32,000 nt of DNA from Candidatus Saccharimonadota bacterium (GTDB lineage: Bacteria; Patescibacteriota; Gracilibacteria; UBA1369; 2-02-FULL-48-14), in NCBI GenBank assembly GCA_965230905.1, contig OZ246396.1, positions 1,140,001-1,172,000 of the forward strand, written 5' to 3'. Each line of letters begins with the position of its first letter. Positions within the stretch are counted from its first letter, which is position 1. Below are positions 8,841-16,641 of the stretch, one piece after another. The notes below the pieces were generated by a model, which was given only the letters and a program-made list of their open reading frames with translations, was not told where the DNA came from and ran no database searches. Made by a program: the position numbers and the translations under genes.

Positions 8841-8898
8841 GGTTGATTTGTGATACTACCCAAAAACAGGTATAATGAAATGATTTTATAAAAACGCC

Positions 8899-9546
8899 AT
8901 GCTAACATGTTTGCACTCTAATTCAGAGTTTGATCGTGAGTCCTTTGAGTTTCATTTGAGCGAAGAGGAAAGAAATGGTTTGGTGGAGCTGCGTCATTTG
9001 TCATGGACCGGCAAAGTTTTGAAGCCTGGTGAGAGATGGGGTGTTATTTGGAATAACACTGGGCCTACAAAGAAGGGGTTTCGCCCCCCAACTCTTACGG
9101 AAGATGCAAAACAAGTCATTGGACGATCATATGAGGTCCTAAAAAAGCATTTTGAGAAAAGAAGTCTTACAGTTGAAACTATCACTTTTGTTCAGGAACG
9201 AGCTCCCGATGGGACTGCAGAATCTCTTGCTCGAGTGAATGAATTTAATAAGGCGCTTAAAGATCCGTCGTATCCACATGTTGATGGGCAAGGCTATACT
9301 CAGTACGCTATCCTTGTACTGGATGAAGATGGAGGCGGTACAGAGTTTTTAGAAGGCTCTATTGCCATTTGGAATGTGGCAAGCATCAGGCGCGAAGAAA
9401 TTGCAGAGGCTCTGAATACGAATTCTGCAGATATGAAATTTTTAAATGCAGGACGATTAGGATTCTTCAATGGTGATACTATTCACAATAGAGGGAAATT
9501 TGTATCTGAACTTCCACGTGTTGCTATTATCGTTCAGTTCGTTTAG
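8899..9546 (+). CDS. putative Fe(II)/2-oxoglutarate-dependent oxygenase (prolyl-4-hydroxylase-like fold)
   Basis: Facial-triad-like spacing is present: H127-x-D129 (YPHVDG), a LVLDEDGGGTEF segment (compare YLND..GGET.F), distal H195 (GDTIHNRG) and R207. Residue numbers are my own count. A TATAAT sits at 8871-8876 upstream. Confidence 0.55.
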   Translation: MLTCLHSNSEFDRESFEFHLSEEERNGLVELRHLSWTGKVLKPGERWGVIWNNTGPTKKGFRPPTLTEDAKQVIGRSYEVLKKHFEKRSLTVETITFVQERAPDGTAESLARVNEFNKALKDPSYPHVDGQGYTQYAILVLDEDGGGTEFLEGSIAIWNVASIRREEIAEALNTNSADMKFLNAGRLGFFNGDTIHNRGKFVSELPRVAIIVQFV

Positions 9547-9585
9547 GGAAGATGGTTCACCGCTATTTCTTTCCAGGCAAGCTTA

Positions 9586-9594
9586 TGGTATAAT
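9586..9594 (+). promoter_or_regulatory. extended -10 promoter element (TGgTATAAT) upstream of the kinase-STAS-GT4 genes
   Basis: The sequence tatGGTATAATgg lies at 9586-9594, 22 nt before the ATG at 9617. Confidence 0.4.
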
Positions 9595-9616
9595 GGTTTG
9601 AAGTAATTTGACTGAA

Positions 9617-10213
9617 ATGGATCCAACGCCAAATCAACTCGAACAGACTCCGGAACAGGCTCAAGCTGAGCTGTCTCCCGTCCCAGCGAATCTCATCCCT
9701 TTGGATGAGCGTCCTACCGAAATCACTATTACTATTCCGACCCAGGCGTATTTTATGTCGGGAATTCGGGATTTTGTGGTGAATTTAACCAAGAATTTGA
9801 CCGGATTTTCCAGCCAATGGGCTTTCCGATTTCAAGCGGTGGTGGATGAACTGTGTAATAATGCCATTGAACATGGAAGTGCCGCCGGTGAACGCATCAC
9901 GGTGACCCTCATCAGCACTAAAGGTAAATCCCTGGAAGTGTGGGTGTCAGATACGGGAACCGGAAAAGAAAAGATGAATGCCTCTCAGCTCACTGCGCTG
10001 TTCCAGGAACGACGTCAGGTTATGACGGCTCAATACCTTGGATTCCGCGGACGTGGATTGCCTAAAATCATTGGAGAATGGACGGACGAGATCGTATTTG
10101 AAGACGTTCCAACAGGTGGACTCAAAGTAAAAGTAAAAAAATATTTACGAAAGGAAGAGGACACGGTATTGTCAACAGCGCAAAAAGATCCCACCCATAT
10201 TGTATTAAAGTAA
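9617..10213 (+). CDS. anti-sigma-factor-type serine kinase (RsbW/SpoIIAB-like HATPase_c)
   Basis: It has an N-box (VVDELCNNAIEHG), a G1 box (WVSDTGTG) and a G2-like box (GFRGRGLPKI). I prefer the ATG at 9617; the track uses a TTG at 9608. Confidence 0.8.
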   Translation: MDPTPNQLEQTPEQAQAELSPVPANLIPLDERPTEITITIPTQAYFMSGIRDFVVNLTKNLTGFSSQWAFRFQAVVDELCNNAIEHGSAAGERITVTLISTKGKSLEVWVSDTGTGKEKMNASQLTALFQERRQVMTAQYLGFRGRGLPKIIGEWTDEIVFEDVPTGGLKVKVKKYLRKEEDTVLSTAQKDPTHIVLK

Positions 10214-10220
10214 AAAACTT

Positions 10221-10592
10221 ATGACGCCAATCCAGATTACTATTGAAGATGTGAGTGGAGCTCCAGCCGGAAAGGTGGTGAAGCTTGTGCATATTGCGGG
10301 TCAACTCGACGAAAGCAATGTGGATGAACAAGCCAAGACCATTTATCAGCTGATTGAAGCGAATCCTGCCGGACTCAGCATCATCTTTGATGTGATGGGA
10401 CTGGAATACATGAATAGTAAGTCCATTGGTTATTTGACCGATTGGTACAGCAAAATTTCTGGGAACGGAGGAAAGGTGGTTTTGGCTTCCCCTCGCGAAA
10501 ACATTCTCGATATTCTCCAAGTGGTGGGTCTGACCCAGCTGGTGAATGCGTATCCTTCTCTTGACGAAGCAAAAGCGGCTGTGCTTTCTTGA
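10221..10592 (+). CDS. STAS-domain anti-sigma-factor antagonist (SpoIIAA/RsbV-like)
   Basis: The protein is 123 aa. DVMGLEYMNSKSIGYL aligns with the D-S*-x-G phospho-serine segment of SpoIIAA/RsbV. The start lies 7 nt after the kinase stop. Confidence 0.85.
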   Translation: MTPIQITIEDVSGAPAGKVVKLVHIAGQLDESNVDEQAKTIYQLIEANPAGLSIIFDVMGLEYMNSKSIGYLTDWYSKISGNGGKVVLASPRENILDILQVVGLTQLVNAYPSLDEAKAAVLS

Positions 10593-10599
10593 GGGCACG

Positions 10600-11721
10600 A
10601 TGCTCGATAAGTTAAAAATTGCGATTGTCTGTGACTGGCTCACCGTTTTTGCCGGTGCCGAACGCGTGGTCTACGAGATGCATCAGCTTTTTCCGAACGC
10701 GGTGATTTATACCTCGCTCTATAATAAGAAAGCTTTGCCGGCTTTTAAAAAGGCGGAGGTGCGGGAGTCGGCGCTGCGGTATTTGCCCTTTGCACGGAAA
10801 TTCCACCGGCTCTTTTTACCTTGGATGCCGCTGGCCTTTGAACGCATGGATTTGAGCGAGTTTGATCTGGTGATTTCGTCCAGTCATTCGGCGGCGAAGG
10901 GAATCATTACTCGGCCGGAAACTCTGCATGTGTGCTACTGCCACTCGCCGATGCGCTATGTGTGGGATCAGTCGCATCAATATCAGGATCAATTCAAGGC
11001 GTTCTCGTTGCTGCGGCCGTTTTACCAGCCCATTTTGCATAAAATCCGCATGTGGGACCGAGTGGCGGCGGACCGAGTGGATGAGTTTATTACGAATTCG
11101 GCTTATATTAAGGATCGTGTTAAAAAATATTACAAGCGTGAGAGCACCGTGATCCATCCACCGGTGGATTTACATACTTTTTCGGTGGGCAGGGATCATG
11201 GCGACGCGTATTTGGCGGTGGGACGACTGATTCCGTACAAACGTTTTGATTTGATTGTGAAAGCGGCGGTGAAGATGGGTTTTCCGCTGCAAGTAGTGGG
11301 AGATGGACCGGAGCTGAAGAAATTGAAGCGAATGGCGAAGGGGGCGAACGTGGAATTTTTAGGAAAGATTTCGGATGAGGCTTTGCGCGCTGCGTATCAA
11401 AATGCCAAGGCGCTGATTTTTCCTCAGCAAGAAGATTTTGGAATCGTGCCGCTGGAAGCCATGGCCTGTGGGACGCCGGTGCTTGCGTTTGGCAAAGGTG
11501 GCGCTTTAGAAACCGTGAGCGATGGCGTGTCTGGTTTGTTTTTTGAAGAACAAACGGTGGAATCCTTGATTGCGGCGATTCGAAAGTTCGAGAAAAAACA
11601 CTGGGATGCAGAAAAAGTGGCGGACAGCGTTTCCCAATTTGGTGCGGCGCGTTTCCGCAGTGAGCTACGGCACTTTTTGGAGAAGGCTTGGCGCGAACAT
11701 GAAAAAACTAAAGGTGCTTGA
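10600..11721 (+). CDS. glycosyltransferase, GT4 family
   Basis: The N-terminus MLDKLKIAIVCDWLTVFAGAERVV is typical, and the C-terminal PQQEDFGIVPLEAMACGTPVLAF carries an E-x7-E motif. The start was moved from 10546 to the ATG at 10600, which is preceded by GAGGG and lies 7 nt after the STAS stop. Confidence 0.85.
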   Translation: MLDKLKIAIVCDWLTVFAGAERVVYEMHQLFPNAVIYTSLYNKKALPAFKKAEVRESALRYLPFARKFHRLFLPWMPLAFERMDLSEFDLVISSSHSAAKGIITRPETLHVCYCHSPMRYVWDQSHQYQDQFKAFSLLRPFYQPILHKIRMWDRVAADRVDEFITNSAYIKDRVKKYYKRESTVIHPPVDLHTFSVGRDHGDAYLAVGRLIPYKRFDLIVKAAVKMGFPLQVVGDGPELKKLKRMAKGANVEFLGKISDEALRAAYQNAKALIFPQQEDFGIVPLEAMACGTPVLAFGKGGALETVSDGVSGLFFEEQTVESLIAAIRKFEKKHWDAEKVADSVSQFGAARFRSELRHFLEKAWREHEKTKGA

Positions 11722-11932
11722 TGAGGTCTTCTACGGAAATTTCAGCTTGGCGTAGAATTCCTGCCAAAGTGCCTTTTTTAAGAGCTTTATTGTGGATGGG
11801 AACAACAATTTGCCTATTTCGATCTTCATTAACCAGCACCAAGTGGCTTCCTTTTTGTCTTTGTTCGATAAAGCCGAGTTTCTTCAAAACTTTTACGAGT
11901 TCTTTTGCTTTCAGGATCGGAAGTTTAGGCAT
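11708..11932 (-). CDS. hicA: type II toxin HicA (mRNA interferase)
   Basis: The 74-aa protein contains KELVKVLKKLGF...QKGSHLVL...PIHNKALKKGTLAGILRQAEIS, which matches the HicA/YcfA pattern. Confidence 0.85.
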   Translation of the reverse strand: MPKLPILKAKELVKVLKKLGFIEQRQKGSHLVLVNEDRNRQIVVPIHNKALKKGTLAGILRQAEISVEDLIKHL

Positions 11933-12197
11933 GCAGTGCTCGAGAGGAATCAGTTTTTGTAACTACAATATTCATTCGCAAAACCTTACTGGAGCTTCTC
12001 ACTGGGATGGGAATGCCGCGTTCTTCTAAGACCTCCAAGTATAGCTCAATGGCTTCTTGGATATTTCCTTCAGCTTCCTCAAAAGTATCTCCTTCACTAA
12101 TACAACCAGGCAGGTCAGGTACTTCGGCAGTGAATCCGCCCTCTTCTTGTGGAGTAAAAATGACTTCAAAGTGATATTCGTTGATTACTTTTTTCAT
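11925..12197 (-). CDS. hicB: type II antitoxin HicB (short form)
   Basis: The 90-aa protein contains YHFEVIFTPQEEGGFTAEVPDLPGCISEGDTFEEAEGNIQEAIELYLEVL, the HicB/UPF0150 signature. It overlaps hicA by 8 nt. No obvious C-terminal RHH/HTH domain is present. Confidence 0.85.
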   Translation of the reverse strand: MKKVINEYHFEVIFTPQEEGGFTAEVPDLPGCISEGDTFEEAEGNIQEAIELYLEVLEERGIPIPVRSSSKVLRMNIVVTKTDSSRALHA

Positions 12198-12203
12198 GTA
12201 GAG

Positions 12204-12209
12204 ATTATA
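12204..12209 (-). promoter_or_regulatory. -10 box TATAAT lying 6 nt upstream of the hicB ATG (possible leaderless start)
   Basis: The minus strand reads GGCT-TATAAT-CTCTAC-ATG. It shares the 9-mer TTATAATCT with the ribBA upstream region. Confidence 0.35.
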
Positions 12210-12224
12210 AGCCTACTTTTGGAT

Positions 12225-13856
12225 TCAATCAATTGCCTGTTCTCGAATGGCGTATTTCTGTGGAATTGGAGAAGACATTTCTTTATGGGTGTCAGAGCTC
12301 TGTCGGAGAGTCGTTTCCCAAGGAAAAATAAAATTTTGATCTCTTTCTTCAAAACGGATACGCCAATGTTTGTTGGGCAAGGGAAGTTTTTTCCGCTGAA
12401 GTAATTCCAACTCTTTAGCCTGAATATTAAAAGGGAGTCCGGTCTTTTCACAGAGAAAAACCTTGCCCTTTAGATCTTTATAATCAAGCCCTGTACTCAT
12501 TTTAGAACCTGAATATACCAAAGCGGGGTCATGCTTGCTTTCTGAAGATTTATCCATCCACTCGTAGCCCAGTTCGTCAGCCAGGTTTTTATTTACTTCA
12601 AAGTATTCATTAGCCATGGAATTATTCAAAGCATAGGGACTACAAAAAGGTGGAAAAAACTGACCCCATTCTCCACGGGTCTTCATGTCTGAGATAATTT
12701 CAGCTACTTTCTTTTCATATGCTTCTTTGGTGTACTGCTTGTTTAAGATACAATACTTTCTACGTTTTAAACCTATGCAGCCAAAACATTCTTCTGAGCC
12801 TGGGCAGCTGTCACAATAGGTGAGGAATCGGCAATTATTCCAGCAGTCAAAACACATGCGAAGATAGTAAGCGCCGTAGCCACAACTCATGCTGTTGTAG
12901 CAGAGCTCGCCGGGGTCACCCCACAGGTCAAAGTCTAAACAGTCATTGCAGTGACGAAGACTCGTTCCATTGATACAGTCTTTACTGTATTCAACGATGT
13001 AAGAATTTAAACAATTCTGTGAAAAACTTATGTCGTTGCCCGTACAGTTTTCTGAACCGATAATGTTGGCGTATTTGTGGATGTATCCGACCTTCAAATT
13101 CTCGAGTTGTTTATAACACGCCTCTATGGATTCATGTGTGAGGAATTCATATTTCTTAATTTCTCGTTCGTAATCTTCTTTTGAATACTGTTTGTTTAAG
13201 ATGCAATACTCTTTACCAATCAACCCTACGCACAAGAAGCAGTTTCTACATCGTCTACAGTCATATAAAAAACGACTGTCGGAGCACGCTATACAATAAG
13301 CGCTAAAATCTAAGTTGTAACATGTTCTACAGCTCGTGATTTCGTGACATAAATTACATTCGTGAGCAATGCTCGCATTCATGGTGGACTGAGATCGTTC
13401 AAGATTGATGCTATAGAAACAGTCTTCGTCACTACCAGAGGCAAAAATCATGTGACAGTCTTTGCAGTGATTCACACAATTCACATATGGAGAGTTTGCA
13501 ATTGTACTATCACAAGCCACGCTCATGCGTGGTACTTGTAGTTGAAGCCTGCGAAATTGAACGAAAAAGGATTCTTCTGGATTGTATTCTGCTTCAGGTA
13601 CTTCAAAGTCTTGGGACCACCATAAGTCGTGTTTAAAAACTTTGAACGGAGACTTGGGTGGAAACTGACTCATAATGGTGTCTCCTGAAAGGTCGCACTT
13701 TCTGAAAAATACATTGATCTCGTTACGGAAGGAATAATGGAGAAAACGAATTTGTTTCGCCGTTAAGCCGTGTGGGGGTAAATCAAATTTTTTAAGTAAA
13801 TCTAAATATTCAGGTGAGTGAACTGGTTTTTCGGTGAAATCGATTGTTAGTCTCAT
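12225..13856 (-). CDS. uncharacterised cysteine-rich protein with an internal duplication
   Basis: The protein is 543 aa from the ATG at 13856. The track start at 13973 would overlap the divergent gene by 94 nt. I count ~35 Cys, many as CxxC (CKDC, CNLC, CRTC, CIAC, CRRCRNC, CNDC, CFDC, CDSC, CFGC). Two blocks each end in GL(I/K)..(E/K)YCILNKQY(S/T)KE.YE. The conserved-looking RKCDLSGDTIMSQFPPKSPFKVFKHDLWW lies near the N-terminus. Confidence 0.7.
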   Translation of the reverse strand: MRLTIDFTEKPVHSPEYLDLLKKFDLPPHGLTAKQIRFLHYSFRNEINVFFRKCDLSGDTIMSQFPPKSPFKVFKHDLWWSQDFEVPEAEYNPEESFFVQFRRLQLQVPRMSVACDSTIANSPYVNCVNHCKDCHMIFASGSDEDCFYSINLERSQSTMNASIAHECNLCHEITSCRTCYNLDFSAYCIACSDSRFLYDCRRCRNCFLCVGLIGKEYCILNKQYSKEDYEREIKKYEFLTHESIEACYKQLENLKVGYIHKYANIIGSENCTGNDISFSQNCLNSYIVEYSKDCINGTSLRHCNDCLDFDLWGDPGELCYNSMSCGYGAYYLRMCFDCWNNCRFLTYCDSCPGSEECFGCIGLKRRKYCILNKQYTKEAYEKKVAEIISDMKTRGEWGQFFPPFCSPYALNNSMANEYFEVNKNLADELGYEWMDKSSESKHDPALVYSGSKMSTGLDYKDLKGKVFLCEKTGLPFNIQAKELELLQRKKLPLPNKHWRIRFEERDQNFIFPWETTLRQSSDTHKEMSSPIPQKYAIREQAID

Positions 13857-13879
13857 ATCGCTTATGGTAACTTGCGACC

Positions 13880-14440
13880 ATGAAATTTCGCAAACTTTAT
13901 CTTTGGATTCTGCTCGCAGTATTTGTGGTTTCTGCGGTGATTTCGTATCTTTATTGGAAGGACTTCGAGCCACGGAATAAGGTTTTGGTTTTTGTGACAG
14001 TGGGAATCGATCAAACGGAGCGTCCGGATGAGACGTCTTCGTATGAATTGCAACGTGCGTCCGAGCATTTTTCCGATGTAATCTTGGGGTGGACGCTGGA
14101 GCCGAGCTTTAGACAGGACTTTTTGAAAGAAGCGGGGGCGGATTTTACTGGGCAAAGGCAAGAAAAACAGAATTTGCTCTTTGAAATCACGGATGCAGAG
14201 GAAAATATTAGTGAGGGTGATGTATCGGCGGGAGAGTCTTTCTTGAAAGTTTTGAATGCGCAATTGGCAGAGTACGAGGCGGCGACGCATCAAGGTTATG
14301 TGCTGGCGGTTCAGAATTTATCTTATGAGCTTGGACAGAAGTCACCTTTGCCTATGGTGGGCGACGTTTTGCTTGCACTGGTGCTCGTTGGGGTTCTTTT
14401 GCTAGCCTACGAATATGCTCAGACTCGCCGTCGATCTTAG
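13880..14440 (+). CDS. bitopic membrane protein, possibly a Wzz/polysaccharide co-polymerase-like chain-length factor
   Basis: The protein is 186 aa, with an N-terminal TM (LYLWILLAVFVVSAVISYLY), a C-terminal TM (VGDVLLALVLVGVLLLAY) and a ~130-aa soluble loop between them. It lies immediately upstream of, and overlapping, a glycosyltransferase. The family call is weak. Confidence 0.55.
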   Translation: MKFRKLYLWILLAVFVVSAVISYLYWKDFEPRNKVLVFVTVGIDQTERPDETSSYELQRASEHFSDVILGWTLEPSFRQDFLKEAGADFTGQRQEKQNLLFEITDAEENISEGDVSAGESFLKVLNAQLAEYEAATHQGYVLAVQNLSYELGQKSPLPMVGDVLLALVLVGVLLLAYEYAQTRRRS

Positions 14441-15467
14441 GCCGCTGCTCGAACCGTTTGAAAGCGGAGTGACTCAATACACCAAAGCTTTGGTGAGGGA
14501 GTTTTTGATGCGCACGGATGTGGAGTTGGATCTATATTACCAAGCGCGCACGCGCTGTGAACGCATTCATGAACTTTTTCCGGAGGTGAGGCATATTGCG
14601 CTTTCTAATACTGCTTTTCATGTGCGCTCGCTGCTGGGTTTCCCGCGTTTGCCGGCAGTGTATTTTCCGGTGAAACCGGGGCTTATTTGGATTCCGGACC
14701 GGCGGCCTTTTTATAAAAGCGAGATTCCGTTGGTGATGACCATTCACGATAAAGTGCCGGAGCTGTATTCGTCGACTTTGTCTTTAAAAAGCCGTTTGTG
14801 GCATTTAATTTTTCCTTTGCGGCGTTTGCTCAAACTGTGCAGCGGTGTGGTGGTGCCAAGCTTCACGGTGGGAGCGGCGCTAAAAACTAAACTGCTTAAA
14901 GAAATCACCTATGAAGGCGTGCATTTGGAAAAATCCGTGGCTCCCGCAGCGTCTAAAAAACTGCTCAAAATGCCCTTTTTTTTGATGATCAGCCCCTCTG
15001 ATCCACGCAAACGTTTGGATTGGTTTTTTAAGATGGCGGAGCGATTTCCCAAAGTTAATTTTGTCGTGATTGGACTTAAAGCAACGGACTCACGTTTTGC
15101 AAAATTGAAACTCAAAAAATCTGACAATGTGCATTTGGTGGGTGAGGTGAGTGAGGGCGAAAAAGCTTGGTATTTGAAGCATGCCCGAGCTTTGGTGGCC
15201 ATTAGTAAGTACGAAGGTTTTGATTTGCCGGTGCTCGAGGCGGTGCGCGCCAAATGCCCGGTGATTCTGAGTGACATTCCCGTTCACAATGAGCTCTACA
15301 AAAACGCCTGCATGGTGAAAAATCTCAAGGAATTGGAAGGGGCCATGTACCGAGCCCTCAACGGGAAAATTGAAGTGCCTGAAGCCCGAGGGAACTATGT
15401 GTGGGAGAAAGCGGCGGAGCGGACTTTATTTTTCTTTCTCCGCGTACTCCTTCACAAAGATCGATAG
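14415..15467 (+). CDS. glycosyltransferase, GT1/GT4-type (GT-B fold)
   Basis: The N-terminus MLRLAVDLRPLLEPFESGVTQY is typical of the family. The C-terminal ISKYEGFDLPVLEAVRAKCPVILSDIP carries an E-x7-E motif. Confidence 0.8.
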   Translation: MLRLAVDLRPLLEPFESGVTQYTKALVREFLMRTDVELDLYYQARTRCERIHELFPEVRHIALSNTAFHVRSLLGFPRLPAVYFPVKPGLIWIPDRRPFYKSEIPLVMTIHDKVPELYSSTLSLKSRLWHLIFPLRRLLKLCSGVVVPSFTVGAALKTKLLKEITYEGVHLEKSVAPAASKKLLKMPFFLMISPSDPRKRLDWFFKMAERFPKVNFVVIGLKATDSRFAKLKLKKSDNVHLVGEVSEGEKAWYLKHARALVAISKYEGFDLPVLEAVRAKCPVILSDIPVHNELYKNACMVKNLKELEGAMYRALNGKIEVPEARGNYVWEKAAERTLFFFLRVLLHKDR

Positions 15468-16640
15468 GGTCGTTGCTACGGGAATAGCCATGATCATGCC
15501 CACCACCCCGAGTTTTTCGAGGCCGATCATCATCGCGAGGATGATAATAATTGGGCTGAGGCCCACGGCTTTTCGCATAACCAGCGGAACCAAAATGTTC
15601 CCTTCAATTTGTTGGAGGAAGATGATGAGACCCAGCATCCACACGGCGAGCCAAGGCGATTCGTTGAAGGCAACGAGCACTGCCGGGATACCAGCCGCAA
15701 TGGGTCCTACCACAGGCAAAAGCTCTGCAATACCCGTCATCATGGCCAGTGTGAGCGCGTTGTCTACACCCAGAATCAAAAGCCCTGTGAGGCTCAAAGT
15801 GAACATCAAACACATCAGAATAACTTGGCCACGTAGCCAGTACCCGATTTTTTGTTGAATGGTTTCAATTTTGTTCATGATGTAGGCGCCGTGCTTGGAA
15901 GGGAAAAGCGAAACGAAGAAATCGTTTGCGTCCTTTCCATTCACCACCAAGAAGAAAGTCAAAATCAGCACGAGCACAAAGTTGAAAATGCCGTTGAATA
16001 TGGCTTTGATCACTCCCAAGGTGTCTCCTGCGAGGGTTTGTAGTTCACCCGCAAAACCTTCCAAGGTGGTCTTGAGCTCAGTGATCAGTGCTTCTTTATC
16101 CACATGACTGAGGAAGTCTTGAATCACCGGCTCGAGTCTTTCACCAAAAGGAATGTTCACTTCACCCGCGGCCATTTTTTCTAGCAGACTGGTCAAACTC
16201 TTGGCGAGCTCCAACAGCTGCGTGGCCACCAAAGGTATGAGCTGCGACACAAAGAATCCAAAAATCATCAGCATGATGAGAAAAATACCTATTACGCTTA
16301 TGGCCCGTGGAATCTTGTACCTCCGCAAAGAATTCACGGTGGGCGTCAACGCGGCTGAGAAAAGGATGGCGATGAAAAATATGAGCAGAATTCGAGCGAT
16401 GTCTCCCAGAAAATGACTGAGTGCAATGAGCAAAAGGACCACAGCCGTTGCTTTGGCTGTGCTGATGGGTGAAAAATGAACGATGACTTCCTCTTTCTTC
16501 ACCGGTTTGCTGTCTCGGTCCGGAATTTCTATACGCAGATTTTCTTTACGTTGTTCTTTGAGTTGCTGCAAAGTTTCTCGCAAATGCTTGATATTCTCGG
16601 AAGTGCTGTGGATGAATTTATTGATGCGTTCGTTTTTCAT
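15426..16640 (-). CDS. AI-2E family transporter (PerM/YhhT, UPF0118)
   Basis: The protein is 404 aa and polytopic. Its conserved C-terminal half contains GIAELLPVVGPIAAGIPAVLVAF...FLQQIEGNILVPLVMRKAVGLSP. Confidence 0.85.
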   Translation of the reverse strand: MKNERINKFIHSTSENIKHLRETLQQLKEQRKENLRIEIPDRDSKPVKKEEVIVHFSPISTAKATAVVLLLIALSHFLGDIARILLIFFIAILFSAALTPTVNSLRRYKIPRAISVIGIFLIMLMIFGFFVSQLIPLVATQLLELAKSLTSLLEKMAAGEVNIPFGERLEPVIQDFLSHVDKEALITELKTTLEGFAGELQTLAGDTLGVIKAIFNGIFNFVLVLILTFFLVVNGKDANDFFVSLFPSKHGAYIMNKIETIQQKIGYWLRGQVILMCLMFTLSLTGLLILGVDNALTLAMMTGIAELLPVVGPIAAGIPAVLVAFNESPWLAVWMLGLIIFLQQIEGNILVPLVMRKAVGLSPIIIILAMMIGLEKLGVVGMIMAIPVATTLSIFVKEYAEKEK

Positions 16641-16641
16641 A

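Noticed and set aside
8899-9546. The 2OG-oxygenase gene as a horizontally acquired low-GC island.
   Set aside because: My spot counts of two 60-nt lines give ~45-47% GC, not clearly different from neighbouring housekeeping genes. The claim was dropped pending a real sliding-window calculation.
10546-10599. Track start of the GT4 ORF (MRILLLTKQKRLCFLEGT...), which overlaps the STAS gene by 47 nt.
   Set aside because: This N-terminus is non-homologous. The ATG at 10600 is preceded by GAGGG and begins the typical GT4 N-terminus.
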